A DNA stretch of 64,000 bases from Candidatus Micrarchaeota archaeon. Lineage in GTDB: Archaea > Micrarchaeota > Micrarchaeia > Micrarchaeales > CABMGC01. Made by a program: the position numbers and the translations under genes. Below the pieces are notes generated by a model. That model saw only the letters and a list, made by a program, of their open reading frames with translations. It was not told the origin of the DNA and made no database searches. The DNA is taken from NCBI GenBank assembly GCA_021812185.1, contig JAKAON010000001.1, positions 45,929 through 109,928 of the forward strand. Direction: 5' to 3'. Below, in pieces: positions 8,705-17,974 of this stretch (positions are counted from its first letter, which is position 1; every line of letters begins with the position of its first letter).

Positions 8705-9586
8705 TTATGCAATTACGAAATAATCTTTTCTCTTCTCACTCACGTCTCCATTTTCAGATAGCAGATATAGTATTGCACGTGCAGCATCTTCACTTATCCC
8801 AACTTCCTTTGCTATTTCCGAAACCCTATTTGATCCGGATCTTATCGCCTTCACTATGCTGCCGCTGTTCTTCTCTATAAATGAACGCAACACGACATAG
8901 AACTTCCTGTTGAAAGCCCTTGTCCCAAGTACAAATCCTTGCCTTATACTCTCCTCAAGGGCAAGTGACATGCTTGACGCTTCAGCCTCTGTTTGCAGTA
9001 CTAGGAATCCATTCTCCTCAAGTGATATCACATATGGATTGTCGTCCACGCTCTTCTTCAGCAAAGGTATCTTAAATGCCCGAATTGGAGCCTTTGCAGA
9101 GGATTGAGGCTGCTGGACGATTATCGCAGTGTTCTTTCGCATGAGGAATTTGTCATAAACAGATTTTGATATGCCGTATAAGGGCGACTGCGCCTTGTCG
9201 CTTTTGAATATGTTTACTGCCTTCCTCTTTAGGAGCTGGTTTAAGGTCAATTTTTCTGACTCAGAAAGTAACTTCTCTACGTTCTCCTTAGTGCGCATGT
9301 TGTATCGTATGGTGTCGAGTTTCTTTAGTACAGCTATTTCCTCGTCTGAGAGATGATCATTTCCAAATGATTGCCTTTGCGCAAGCATTTGCGGTGAATC
9401 TGATACTTTCCCTTCATCTTTTCCTAGGAGGAGATTTGCTGCATCAGATTTTTTGGCAAACATGAAAGATTTTTGATTGAGTTTGAAGAAGTCAACTTCC
9501 TCGTTCTCTTCAAGATTTAATGACTTTATAACTTCGACTGGAAGATAAAGGATAAGTTTGTTGTTTTGCTTGTATATTTTAACCAT
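8705..9586 (-). CDS. Hypothetical DNA-binding protein (AbrB/SpoVT-like N-terminus, winged-helix-like C-terminus)
   Basis: N-terminus MVKIYKQNNKLILYLPVEVIKSLNLEENEEVDFF is AbrB-like. C-terminus VSEIAKEVGISEDAARAILYLLSENGDV is HTH-like. The track ORF extends to 9637. Confidence 0.4.
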   Translation of the reverse strand: MVKIYKQNNKLILYLPVEVIKSLNLEENEEVDFFKLNQKSFMFAKKSDAANLLLGKDEGKVSDSPQMLAQRQSFGNDHLSDEEIAVLKKLDTIRYNMRTKENVEKLLSESEKLTLNQLLKRKAVNIFKSDKAQSPLYGISKSVYDKFLMRKNTAIIVQQPQSSAKAPIRAFKIPLLKKSVDDNPYVISLEENGFLVLQTEAEASSMSLALEESIRQGFVLGTRAFNRKFYVVLRSFIEKNSGSIVKAIRSGSNRVSEIAKEVGISEDAARAILYLLSENGDVSEKRKDYFVIA

Positions 9587-9681
9587 TGAATCACGGATAG
9601 AAATGGAAAACTGGATAGATACAATTATATAATGCAAAAACTAAAAAGCGTTCGTGAGCGTTAAATCTTAGGGTATTGCTT

Positions 9682-11574
9682 ATGAAATATGCGTTTGAAT
9701 CGTCAAGAGCGCAGTTTGCAGATGGAATTGCAAAGGCGATTGCGAAGAAGTACCCAGGCGCGCACATAAAGAATACCGATATAGAGATTTCGATATCGAT
9801 ACCTGATCCTAAATTTGGAGATCTTAGCTGTTCGATAGCCCTGCGAATAGGGAGCATTGAACACGCGAATCCTGGAGATGTAGCAAAAACAATCGCAGAA
9901 GCATTCGAAGCAAAAGATATGATATCCAAAGTAGATGTCGTGGGAGGATACATAAATGCGTGGCTTAATGAGGCATATTATGCGAAAGAGGTGCTAGGAG
10001 AAGTTTCTGAAATGGGCGATAGATACGGATCTTCGCAAATGGGCAGTGGGATAAAAGTGATTGTTGAATCGCCAAGCGTGAATCCAAATAAATCATGGCA
10101 CATAGGGCATCTCAAGAGCGCGCTTCTTGGGGACATAGTTTCGAGAAGCTTGTCATTTTGCGGATATGACGTCGAGAGGGAAAATTACATCGACGACTTG
10201 GGGTTGCAAATGGCTGAGATAACGTGGGGATACATGAATGTTAATTCCCACGCAGACAAGAAATTTGACCAATGGCTGGGCGAGCAATATGTGCAAATCA
10301 ACAAGATGCTCGAGGATAAATCGATAAAGGATAAGATAGCAGAATTGCTCAAAAAAATGGAAGAAGGAGGAACGCTGGAATCTGCTACAAGTAGGGATAT
10401 TGCTGAGAGATGCGTGAAGGCGCAATATGAAACTGCGCGCAACTACAATATATCTCACGATGTTCTTGTATGGGAAGGGGATATTGTAAGGGAAAGGCTT
10501 GTTGACAGGGCACTTGAGATAGGCAAGGAGAAAGGCATACTGGAAGTGCCTACGGACGGAAAATACAAAGGATGCATAATAGTAAATTTGGGGGACAGCA
10601 AACTTCTTGAAAAAGAGGTAAAGAACGCTGAGGAAGACAAGAAAGTCCTTATACGGAGCAATGGGACAGCCACTTATATAGCCAAAGACTTTGCATTCCA
10701 TCTCTGGAAGCTTGGAATGATGCATGCAGATTTCAAATTCAAGGAATTCATGATTCAGGAAAATGGAAATCACGCACTTTATACTACATCTAACAGAGGT
10801 ACGGACATGGCTTTTGGAGGTGCAGATATAGTTGTAAACGTGATCGGATCTGCCCAAAGACTTCAGCAGTTGATATTAAAGGCCTTGGTGAACGAAGTGG
10901 CAGAGCCTGGATCAAGAAAGGAGATAGTTCATCTTTCGTATGGGGAAGTCGGAATTATCGGAGGCACATTAAGCGGAAGGACAGGTGGATGGATGGGGGA
11001 GAGGGTAAATTATACTGCAGATGACTTGCTTGGGGAAATGAAAGCAAAGGCCCTTGAATTAATTGAGCAAAAAAACAGGGATATTAGTCCAAATGAAAAA
11101 GAGGCGATATCGAAGGAAATAGCACTTAGTGCTATACGTTTCGAGTTCCTTAGACAGGCTCCAGAGAAGAAAATAGAGTTCTCATGGGAGAAGGCGCTTA
11201 ATTTTAGCGGCAATTCTGGACCTTATTGCATGTATATGTACGCAAGGGCTGCAAAAATACTAAGCAAGGAGATTTCCGGGCAAATTAATGACAATGATAT
11301 TAGCTTGATAACCAGAGATCATGGGTTCGAATTAGTAAAAATGATAAGTTATGCGCACTACAACATAGAAAAGGCATGCAGGGAGTACAGGCCGAATATA
11401 CTTGTCGAGTACATGCTCGCACTCTCGGCTTCCTTTAGCAAATTCTACGAGAATTCTCCAATATTAAAAGGTGGCGATGCTAAGAACGCGAGGCTCGCGA
11501 TTACCAGAGCTACAAAGCAGACACTTTCGAACTTGCTTGTTATCATTGGTGTTACACCTCTTGAGAATGTGTAG
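9682..11574 (+). CDS. argS: Arginyl-tRNA synthetase
   Basis: N-terminal add-1-like domain (PKFGDLSCSIALRI), ESPSVNPNKSWHIGHLKSALLGD (HIGH), YIDDLGLQ, and a DALR-like C-terminus ending PLENV. Confidence 0.85.
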   Translation: MKYAFESSRAQFADGIAKAIAKKYPGAHIKNTDIEISISIPDPKFGDLSCSIALRIGSIEHANPGDVAKTIAEAFEAKDMISKVDVVGGYINAWLNEAYYAKEVLGEVSEMGDRYGSSQMGSGIKVIVESPSVNPNKSWHIGHLKSALLGDIVSRSLSFCGYDVERENYIDDLGLQMAEITWGYMNVNSHADKKFDQWLGEQYVQINKMLEDKSIKDKIAELLKKMEEGGTLESATSRDIAERCVKAQYETARNYNISHDVLVWEGDIVRERLVDRALEIGKEKGILEVPTDGKYKGCIIVNLGDSKLLEKEVKNAEEDKKVLIRSNGTATYIAKDFAFHLWKLGMMHADFKFKEFMIQENGNHALYTTSNRGTDMAFGGADIVVNVIGSAQRLQQLILKALVNEVAEPGSRKEIVHLSYGEVGIIGGTLSGRTGGWMGERVNYTADDLLGEMKAKALELIEQKNRDISPNEKEAISKEIALSAIRFEFLRQAPEKKIEFSWEKALNFSGNSGPYCMYMYARAAKILSKEISGQINDNDISLITRDHGFELVKMISYAHYNIEKACREYRPNILVEYMLALSASFSKFYENSPILKGGDAKNARLAITRATKQTLSNLLVIIGVTPLENV

Positions 11575-12514
11575 ATATTTTAATTTGGAGATTTTCTATA
11601 ATGCTCTTTACGCGATCGTAAGTAAGTGTTGTATCTATTCCCTCTGTTCCCCCTTTCCATCTCTCTAGTGCATTTCCAATGCGTATAGATATCTCATTTA
11701 CATAATCCATGCTTTTTGAATCGTATGATGCATACGCCAGAGTTTTTAAATGGAATGAGATGGCAAGCAGCATTCTGCTATCCTGCTTCTTTGATTCAGA
11801 CAATGATTCCTCGGCAAGTGCTAAGAGTTCGCATTTCATGGCATAGCGGAAGTTCGGATCAATAGACATATTATGTTGTAATTGCAGATTGTATGCCTTT
11901 TCATCCATATCTATCACTGCAATTATTTTTTCTTGATCCGCATGACTTAGTGATGATAATATGTCGAGATCGTTTTTGACACTCATGATGTCCAATTCCA
12001 GATTCATGTGTTCACCCATACCAAGATACGGCTCAGGTATGTTCATTTTCTTCCATTCTATGCAGATGTCGTATGCTGAATGTGAAAATTGTGTTGCAAG
12101 GTCAAGATTATTTCTGGAATCAAGAATTCTGGTTGCCAGCTCGTTGTAGAGGAACATGGCAGAATATTTCAAATCGAGATATTCCATTATCATCGCCCTT
12201 TGCTCTAAGGATATAATTTTACTCAGTTCTGGCTCACTGATGGTTAATGAGTAGATGCCCTTCTTTTCAGATATTTTATCTTCCACATTTTCTATGATTC
12301 GTTTTACTTCATCAGAACTGCGCATGATGTGCGGGCCGTTAGAATCATATAGCGGTCCGTTTAGAAGATCCGGATTGAATTCTTCATAGTATTTTACTAG
12401 CTTAATCTCGTTTTCCTTGCCAGGGTATATTATTAGGCTGTCTTTGTTTCTCAGTATGCCAGCCAGAGCATTGCTTATGTTAGACCTGTTTTCCGATTGT
12501 CTTTGTTTCTCCAT
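11552..12514 (-). CDS. Hypothetical helical protein, paralogue A of 13455..14573
   Basis: No recognisable domain. Gapless similarity to the downstream paralogue (see findings). ATG 12514 is preferred over 12613 (the extension is low-complexity I/Y-rich and overlaps the divergent gene). Confidence 0.55.
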   Translation of the reverse strand: MEKQRQSENRSNISNALAGILRNKDSLIIYPGKENEIKLVKYYEEFNPDLLNGPLYDSNGPHIMRSSDEVKRIIENVEDKISEKKGIYSLTISEPELSKIISLEQRAMIMEYLDLKYSAMFLYNELATRILDSRNNLDLATQFSHSAYDICIEWKKMNIPEPYLGMGEHMNLELDIMSVKNDLDILSSLSHADQEKIIAVIDMDEKAYNLQLQHNMSIDPNFRYAMKCELLALAEESLSESKKQDSRMLLAISFHLKTLAYASYDSKSMDYVNEISIRIGNALERWKGGTEGIDTTLTYDRVKSIIENLQIKISTHSQEV

Positions 12515-12540
12515 TAGATCAATAATGATTTTATTTGATA

Positions 12541-12570
12541 TTATATATGGAATCTGGATAAAGTATATAT
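12541..12570. promoter_or_regulatory. Bidirectional promoter element (two opposed TATA-like boxes), copy 1
   Basis: ttatatatggaatctggataaagtatatat. The left box lies ~27-34 nt from ATG 12514 (minus gene). The right box lies ~24-34 nt before ATG 12594. Confidence 0.45.
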
Positions 12571-12593
12571 AGTAGATATAGATAGTATATATT

Positions 12594-13463
12594 ATGGAAA
12601 AGAGGATATTCAAGTTTGGAGAGAGTAGCGCGGCCGTTATACTGCCTAAAAAATGGATGGAAAAAAACGGACTGAAAGCTTCAGATGTAATATATTTATC
12701 TGAAGATCAAGCAGGAGGGCTTGTTATGGCTGCAAAGGAATCCCCAAGGCAGGACGTTGAAAAGGTTATAGATAGGCGCACAAGTTCAAATTTCATTAAC
12801 AGACTCATTGGGATTAATTATATGTATGGGACATACAAGCTGCGTATATATTCTCAAGAGGGATTTACAAGATCCCAGCTAGACAGCATTGAACAAAGAA
12901 TAAGTTATGACTGCCCAGGATTTGAGATAACCAACCAGTCGGATAAGGACGTTATAATAGAAGATTTGACAAACATAAAGGAAGTCAACATGGACAAGAT
13001 AATGCTCAGGCTGAGGTCTTTAATAAATGAGGAATTTAGGGAGATGACAAAAGGAGATCCAAAAACAATACCTAAGGTGGAGAGACTTGTGAATAGATTT
13101 TTTATGCTTGGGATACGATATATCAATGTAACCCAAGCAAGAGACGCAATGAAGTTCTCCTCGGTGCTACAAGACATGGAGACAATATCTGACAGGATGT
13201 ATATATTATCATCTAAGCAAGGTGTAAGGAAATTTGACGTATTCGAGGACCTTAGCAAGCAGTTTGAACTTAGTTTGAAGGGATTTGCTGGAGATTTGGA
13301 TGCTGTTGAGAAGGTATCAGATATCAGGGCATCGCTAATAAGCAAACTGGACAAATCAGATATTGACAAGCTCAGTGCCTATATGATCAAAGACATAGCA
13401 AACAACATATCTAACATCTCAGAATTCGGACTGCGCACTGAAGGAAGCAACCCACTAGGATAA
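12594..13463 (+). CDS. AbrB-domain / PhoU-like regulator
   Basis: N-terminus KFGESSAAVILPKKWMEKNGLKASDVIYL (AbrB/SpoVT) is followed by a ~200-aa helical PhoU-like repeat region. This is a common archaeal architecture. Confidence 0.7.
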   Translation: MEKRIFKFGESSAAVILPKKWMEKNGLKASDVIYLSEDQAGGLVMAAKESPRQDVEKVIDRRTSSNFINRLIGINYMYGTYKLRIYSQEGFTRSQLDSIEQRISYDCPGFEITNQSDKDVIIEDLTNIKEVNMDKIMLRLRSLINEEFREMTKGDPKTIPKVERLVNRFFMLGIRYINVTQARDAMKFSSVLQDMETISDRMYILSSKQGVRKFDVFEDLSKQFELSLKGFAGDLDAVEKVSDIRASLISKLDKSDIDKLSAYMIKDIANNISNISEFGLRTEGSNPLG

Positions 13464-14573
13464 AGCCTTGCGCTTCTCTTCGATGTAGCTTTCGTATGTC
13501 TTATTGCCATTGCATACTTCACTTAGGTTTGATATGTCATTTGCAAGGTTAGGAAAGTAGTATTTGGTATATTGCGGCCATGGAATTGAATTTGCAAGCG
13601 CCTCTTTAGCTCTTTTTATTAAATCATTTGCCCATTCCTTATTCCCATTTTTGATTGCGCATTGTGCAGCAAACGTGAAGTTCTGTGCTGCATATCCTGA
13701 AGGATCATTGTTTTTATAGACTTTATCAGTCAACTTGAGATGTGATAGTGCGAGTTGCTCGGAGAATATCACACTGTCCAATTCTTCTATAGGCATTGTG
13801 CTGTTGTATTTCTTACTTTCCTGCTCCAAAAATGCGACGATTTCGGATATGTCCTCACCTGAAAGTTTTTTGAGATCTTCTAGCCTCTTTTTTGTGTGGT
13901 AGATATCTTCCTCTGCACTTCCAAAGCCATCTCCCCTATTCTTCTCAGGAGGGCAGTTGTTCACTGCGTTTTCGGCTCTGAGCAGCAGTTCCTCAGTCCA
14001 GCCAAAGCTCTTTAAGGTATGCAGAGACGATGATGCCGCCAGCACATACCACAACGCAGCGGAATAGAGGTCATCTGCAGCTTCGTATAGCATTGCTTTC
14101 TTTTCATAGGCCAATATTTCAGATAGCGCACGCTCGTCAATTGTGCCAGCGTATTTTCCCCTTTCTTCTTTAATCTTTGCCTTTATCTCTCTTACTACGA
14201 CAAGCTTCTCCCCATTCGTCATGCCTTTTTGGAACTTCCTAACATTTGACTTAAAGTCATTGATTTTTGCAGCTTCTGCGCTTGATTTGCCATCTATTGC
14301 ATCGATTGAAAGCCCCTGCCATAACTCTACATCCATTACGTCAGGCCCGAACGCCGCACCATAGGAAAGATTCACATCCTTGCTCGCGATTATCTTGTTG
14401 TTGTTTTCATGATCGAATATGAACAGCGTGCCTGAACGTTCTGAATTCCTGTGCACTTCGACTTGATATCGTTTGTCAACCCGTGACCACCACACGACCT
14501 TGCATTCTTTATCAAATGGTTCCTGGCTTGCCCACTCCATAATTGGCTTTTGTTCTCTTTTATGCACTTCCAT
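13455..14573 (-). CDS. Hypothetical protein, paralogue B of 11552..12514
   Basis: Shares a central helical region with paralogue A and has a distinct beta-rich N-terminus (VVWWSRVDKRYQVEVHRNSERSGTLFIFD). Confidence 0.55.
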   Translation of the reverse strand: MEVHKREQKPIMEWASQEPFDKECKVVWWSRVDKRYQVEVHRNSERSGTLFIFDHENNNKIIASKDVNLSYGAAFGPDVMDVELWQGLSIDAIDGKSSAEAAKINDFKSNVRKFQKGMTNGEKLVVVREIKAKIKEERGKYAGTIDERALSEILAYEKKAMLYEAADDLYSAALWYVLAASSSLHTLKSFGWTEELLLRAENAVNNCPPEKNRGDGFGSAEEDIYHTKKRLEDLKKLSGEDISEIVAFLEQESKKYNSTMPIEELDSVIFSEQLALSHLKLTDKVYKNNDPSGYAAQNFTFAAQCAIKNGNKEWANDLIKRAKEALANSIPWPQYTKYYFPNLANDISNLSEVCNGNKTYESYIEEKRKALS

Positions 14574-14600
14574 ATAATCAATTTTAATTTAATTTGATTC

Positions 14601-14630
14601 ATATATATGTAATTGGAATAAAGTATATAT
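14601..14630. promoter_or_regulatory. Bidirectional promoter element, copy 2
   Basis: atatatatgtaattggaataaagtatatat is 25/30 identical (gapless) to 12541-12570 and holds the same position relative to the paralogue B start (14573). Confidence 0.4.
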
Positions 14631-14663
14631 CAAACATATATACAATTTATGCGTCTTGATAAT

Positions 14664-15914
14664 TCAAAGAGTCATCTGGGTGCCGTGCTTATTCTCCTTT
14701 ATCTTATCCATTATATCTATAACTCCAAAAACCCCGTCATAACCAGGGATAAGGTGGACCCTCTCCTTCCTTATTCGTTCTATAGCGATACCGAGTTCCT
14801 TGTCAACGCCTTCGAGTTTGCTTATGTCTTCGTTAAGCAGGACATTGAACTCGCTTCCAAAACTTGATACCAGCTTCCTGAGGGCTTCGTCCACAGCAGG
14901 AGAACTATCATTTTTCTTCATTATGTATGCGATCACCTCTCGCAAAGGAACCGTATGCAGATAAGGAATTGCATTCTTTGGAGTGTACCCTTCGGGCCTA
15001 TCTGCAAGATCGTTCACCCTGTGCAGTACGCCGATTGTAAGATTCTTTCTGCATACGGGACATATGTTGTTGTATTTTTCTGCCTCCTGAGGGCTTAGAG
15101 AGATGTTGCATTTCCTATGCCCATCGAAATGATACTTCCCCTCCTCAGGATAGAATTCAACAGTAAGCTTTATTCTCTTTGGATCTTTCTTGATTATGCA
15201 GTCAGCTATTTCACCGTAGGATAATTTATCCTCCGATATTTCCAGCACATTTGCTTCCCTTCCCAACTTGTGCAGGGAGTGCGCATCGCTGTTCGATAGT
15301 AAGGTTATCTTGTCAAGCGAAGAGAGGCGCCAGTTCATTTTTGGATCTGAGCTAAGTCCGGTCTCGAGAGCATGTATGTTTTTAGCCTGGTCTTCATATG
15401 CGTCCTTTATCGAATCAAATCCAGACATCGATCCAAGAGCGCCGAAATACGGTGTCCATATGTGCGCCGGAAATACAGTGATTGATTTGTCTATTTCCAT
15501 TAGAATTTCGACGAGCTCACTTGCATGCATATTGAAGACGGGCCTCCCATCGGATGTTAGGGGCCCACGTTTGGAAAGGACATCATTTATCTGTTCCGCC
15601 ACGGCGATGTTAGGGGCAAGTACACAGTTGTGTATCTTCCTTGTCTTTCCGTCCTTGTTAAATATGGTGCAAATTTCTACACCCAACACAAACATTGTGC
15701 CTGATTTTTCACCTTTGAGGGAGTATATGCCGTTTTGGTATTCCGAAAGATTTTCCTTTATCTCACTAAACCAGGAAGGATGGGTAAAATCTCCAGTGCT
15801 AAGCAGTTTTATCCCTTTCTCCTGAGCCTCATGGGCAAGTCCTTTTATGGTTATGCTTGGGCTGCATGCCATTGCATACCTTGAATGAATGTGAAAATCG
15901 GATATTATTTCCAT
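14664..15914 (-). CDS. Endonuclease Q (PHP-domain, Zn-finger; cleaves at deaminated bases)
   Basis: DFHIHSRYAMACS, PAHIWTPYFG, LSNSDAHSLHKLGREAN, GKYHFDGHRKC, CPVCRKNLTIGVLHRV, SFGSEFNVL and PGYDGVFGVI together match the EndoQ family layout. Confidence 0.75.
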   Translation of the reverse strand: MEIISDFHIHSRYAMACSPSITIKGLAHEAQEKGIKLLSTGDFTHPSWFSEIKENLSEYQNGIYSLKGEKSGTMFVLGVEICTIFNKDGKTRKIHNCVLAPNIAVAEQINDVLSKRGPLTSDGRPVFNMHASELVEILMEIDKSITVFPAHIWTPYFGALGSMSGFDSIKDAYEDQAKNIHALETGLSSDPKMNWRLSSLDKITLLSNSDAHSLHKLGREANVLEISEDKLSYGEIADCIIKKDPKRIKLTVEFYPEEGKYHFDGHRKCNISLSPQEAEKYNNICPVCRKNLTIGVLHRVNDLADRPEGYTPKNAIPYLHTVPLREVIAYIMKKNDSSPAVDEALRKLVSSFGSEFNVLLNEDISKLEGVDKELGIAIERIRKERVHLIPGYDGVFGVIDIMDKIKENKHGTQMTL

Positions 15915-15992
15915 TAAGGCTCACTTTACAGGAATATTTGTCTTTTCGCTTTCCAGCTTATATATTTATTCCTGTCTCGTTATTATGTTATC

Positions 15993-16877
15993 ATGGAACC
16001 ACTCAATACGTTGCCCAAATACAACCTCTTTGGACTTGAAGGGCAAGATTACAAGAAAGCAAAGGTAGTAGTAGTGCCGATACCGTATGATGCCACACTC
16101 ACGTATAGATCAGGTGCAAGGGACGGACCACATGCTATAATAGATGCAAGCAGGAACTTGGAATTATATAGCTATGAGATTGGAGAGGACATAAGCAAGA
16201 TAGGAATATATACGACTGACGAGATGGCTCCGGATCTGAGTTCTCCTGAAAATATGGCAAAGAGGATACAAAAGGAGATCGGTATACTGCTTGATGATGG
16301 TAAGATGCCTCTTTTGCTTGGAGGAGACCATTCGATAACGATAGGTGCTATAGGTGCATTTAAAGAGAGGAAGAAGGATATAAGCATAATACAGTTCGAT
16401 GCACACTCGGATTCACGAGATGAGATATTCGGCAGCAAATACACACATGCATCAGTAATGGCAAGGGTGCGTGAGATGTATGACAAAGTTGTGCAAGTTG
16501 GCCTGCGCAGCATAGATGGCGATTCGGCAAAGGCGCTTAATCCAAAATGCACATTAACGATGGAGGATATCCATGGATTATCAGGAAAGGAGATAGCACG
16601 CAAGATAATAGAAGCAACAGGCAGTGAAATTTATATAACAATAGATTTAGACGTACTTGACCCAAGCGAGATGCCAAGCGTAGGAACACCCGAGCCAGAC
16701 GGATTGAGATTTAACCAAATAACTGAAATAATACGAGAGATATCGAAGAAAAAACGCCTTGTGGGCCTTGATATCGTAGAGCTAAGCCCGATACCTTATT
16801 TCACGTATCCCAATTTCACGGCAGCAAAACTTGCATATCTCACACTTGGGTATTTCTTTTCCAAGAAAAAGGCTTAG
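15993..16877 (+). CDS. speB: Agmatinase (arginase/ureohydrolase family)
   Basis: Contains GGDHSIT, QFDAHSDSR and TIDLDVLDPS, the Mn-binding motifs. Confidence 0.85.
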   Translation: MEPLNTLPKYNLFGLEGQDYKKAKVVVVPIPYDATLTYRSGARDGPHAIIDASRNLELYSYEIGEDISKIGIYTTDEMAPDLSSPENMAKRIQKEIGILLDDGKMPLLLGGDHSITIGAIGAFKERKKDISIIQFDAHSDSRDEIFGSKYTHASVMARVREMYDKVVQVGLRSIDGDSAKALNPKCTLTMEDIHGLSGKEIARKIIEATGSEIYITIDLDVLDPSEMPSVGTPEPDGLRFNQITEIIREISKKKRLVGLDIVELSPIPYFTYPNFTAAKLAYLTLGYFFSKKKA

Positions 16878-17902
16878 TCCCTCTTTGCAAGGCCAATCTT
16901 CCAGTCTGCTCCGCTATACCAGGTCCACAGCTCGCTTCCCACCTCTACAGCATTGCAGTCGAATATCACATTTGGCACAGGACCGCCTTTTTTCTCCCAT
17001 TGTAGTTTCGGCTCGAGCAAAGGCATGCTAGATCGCAGCACCTTAGAGGGATCTCCGGGATTTTCCTTATCTAAAAGTGCCCCGAATATTCGATATATCT
17101 TGTTTTCAGGTATGCCGTGATACTCTACACCGTGGTACACCATAAACCATCCAAGATCAGTAGGTATCGGGACTGAACCTCCGCCTATCCAGCCATTGTC
17201 TAACATGTCCCTGCGCGGCGCCATCAGGATAGTTTGATCAAGGTCCCATGGACCATTGAGAGAATCTGCATATGCTATCTTTATATATGGCCAGGGCCTG
17301 CGCAAAAGCGCGTACCTGCCGTTTATCTTCTCTGGAAATAGGACGCCGTCCTTATCCGAATCTTCGTCCTTCTCCTTATTGACAGTACACCGATATATGA
17401 ATTTGCCATCCACAAGCTCGTTTATGTCTATTGATGCTATGTGTTTTTCCTTATCTGCCCTTGTAGAGAGCATTATTATCCTGCCGTCATCAGACATTAT
17501 TGTTATTCTTGGGTCCTCATATTGTATCATTTCAGATGGATTTGGGAGTGCCTGACCGTGCTTTGTCCATGTTATTCCGTCTTTGCTCGTGGCAATCTTA
17601 AGCGTAGATACATCGCCTTCGGCATCTGCCCTATATATTTGCACTAAAACGTCTTTCACACGCAGGTTGCCTGGAAGCAGGATTTCCGATTTTAACTTTA
17701 TGGCAGCAGGATTGAGTGTGTACTTTGCTTCGCTCGGATCCGTTTTGTTAGGAACCAATACGGGACGCGTTGTTACACGCTCAAATGTCTTCCCATCTAG
17801 GAAACTTTGCAACCAAGGTATAGAGCTTTTGAGCTGAACCGGCTTCCCTTCGGAGTCGAGCCATGCTGGAGCTTGAGAATTCTTCCTCGTAAAACCCACC
17901 AA
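16874..17902 (-). CDS. GH130-family glycoside phosphorylase/hydrolase (beta-mannoside-type)
   Basis: SKDGITWTKHG, YEDPRI, DGVLFPEKINGRYALLRRP, GWFMVYHGVEY, YRIFGALLDKENP, PNVIFDC and WYSGADWKIGLA. Confidence 0.7.
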   Translation of the reverse strand: MVGFTRKNSQAPAWLDSEGKPVQLKSSIPWLQSFLDGKTFERVTTRPVLVPNKTDPSEAKYTLNPAAIKLKSEILLPGNLRVKDVLVQIYRADAEGDVSTLKIATSKDGITWTKHGQALPNPSEMIQYEDPRITIMSDDGRIIMLSTRADKEKHIASIDINELVDGKFIYRCTVNKEKDEDSDKDGVLFPEKINGRYALLRRPWPYIKIAYADSLNGPWDLDQTILMAPRRDMLDNGWIGGGSVPIPTDLGWFMVYHGVEYHGIPENKIYRIFGALLDKENPGDPSKVLRSSMPLLEPKLQWEKKGGPVPNVIFDCNAVEVGSELWTWYSGADWKIGLAKRD

Positions 17903-17974
17903 TATATCTTTGTACAGATAAATTAATATAACGCTATTGTGAATTTAATTTGTTAATTTCAGGGCATGATTTGA

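Noticed and set aside
10153-10857. 234-aa minus-strand ORF.
   Set aside because: It lies entirely antisense inside argS. It is Phe/Tyr/Cys/Ile-rich with no motif, which is typical of a shadow ORF opposite a purine-rich coding strand.
14649-14867. 72-aa plus-strand ORF starting ~18 nt after the duplicated aaagtatatat box.
   Set aside because: It overlaps the conserved 3' end of endonuclease Q in antisense and has no motif. It is more likely a relic of the duplicated promoter than a gene, although antisense transcription from this box remains possible (noted in the paralogue-module finding).
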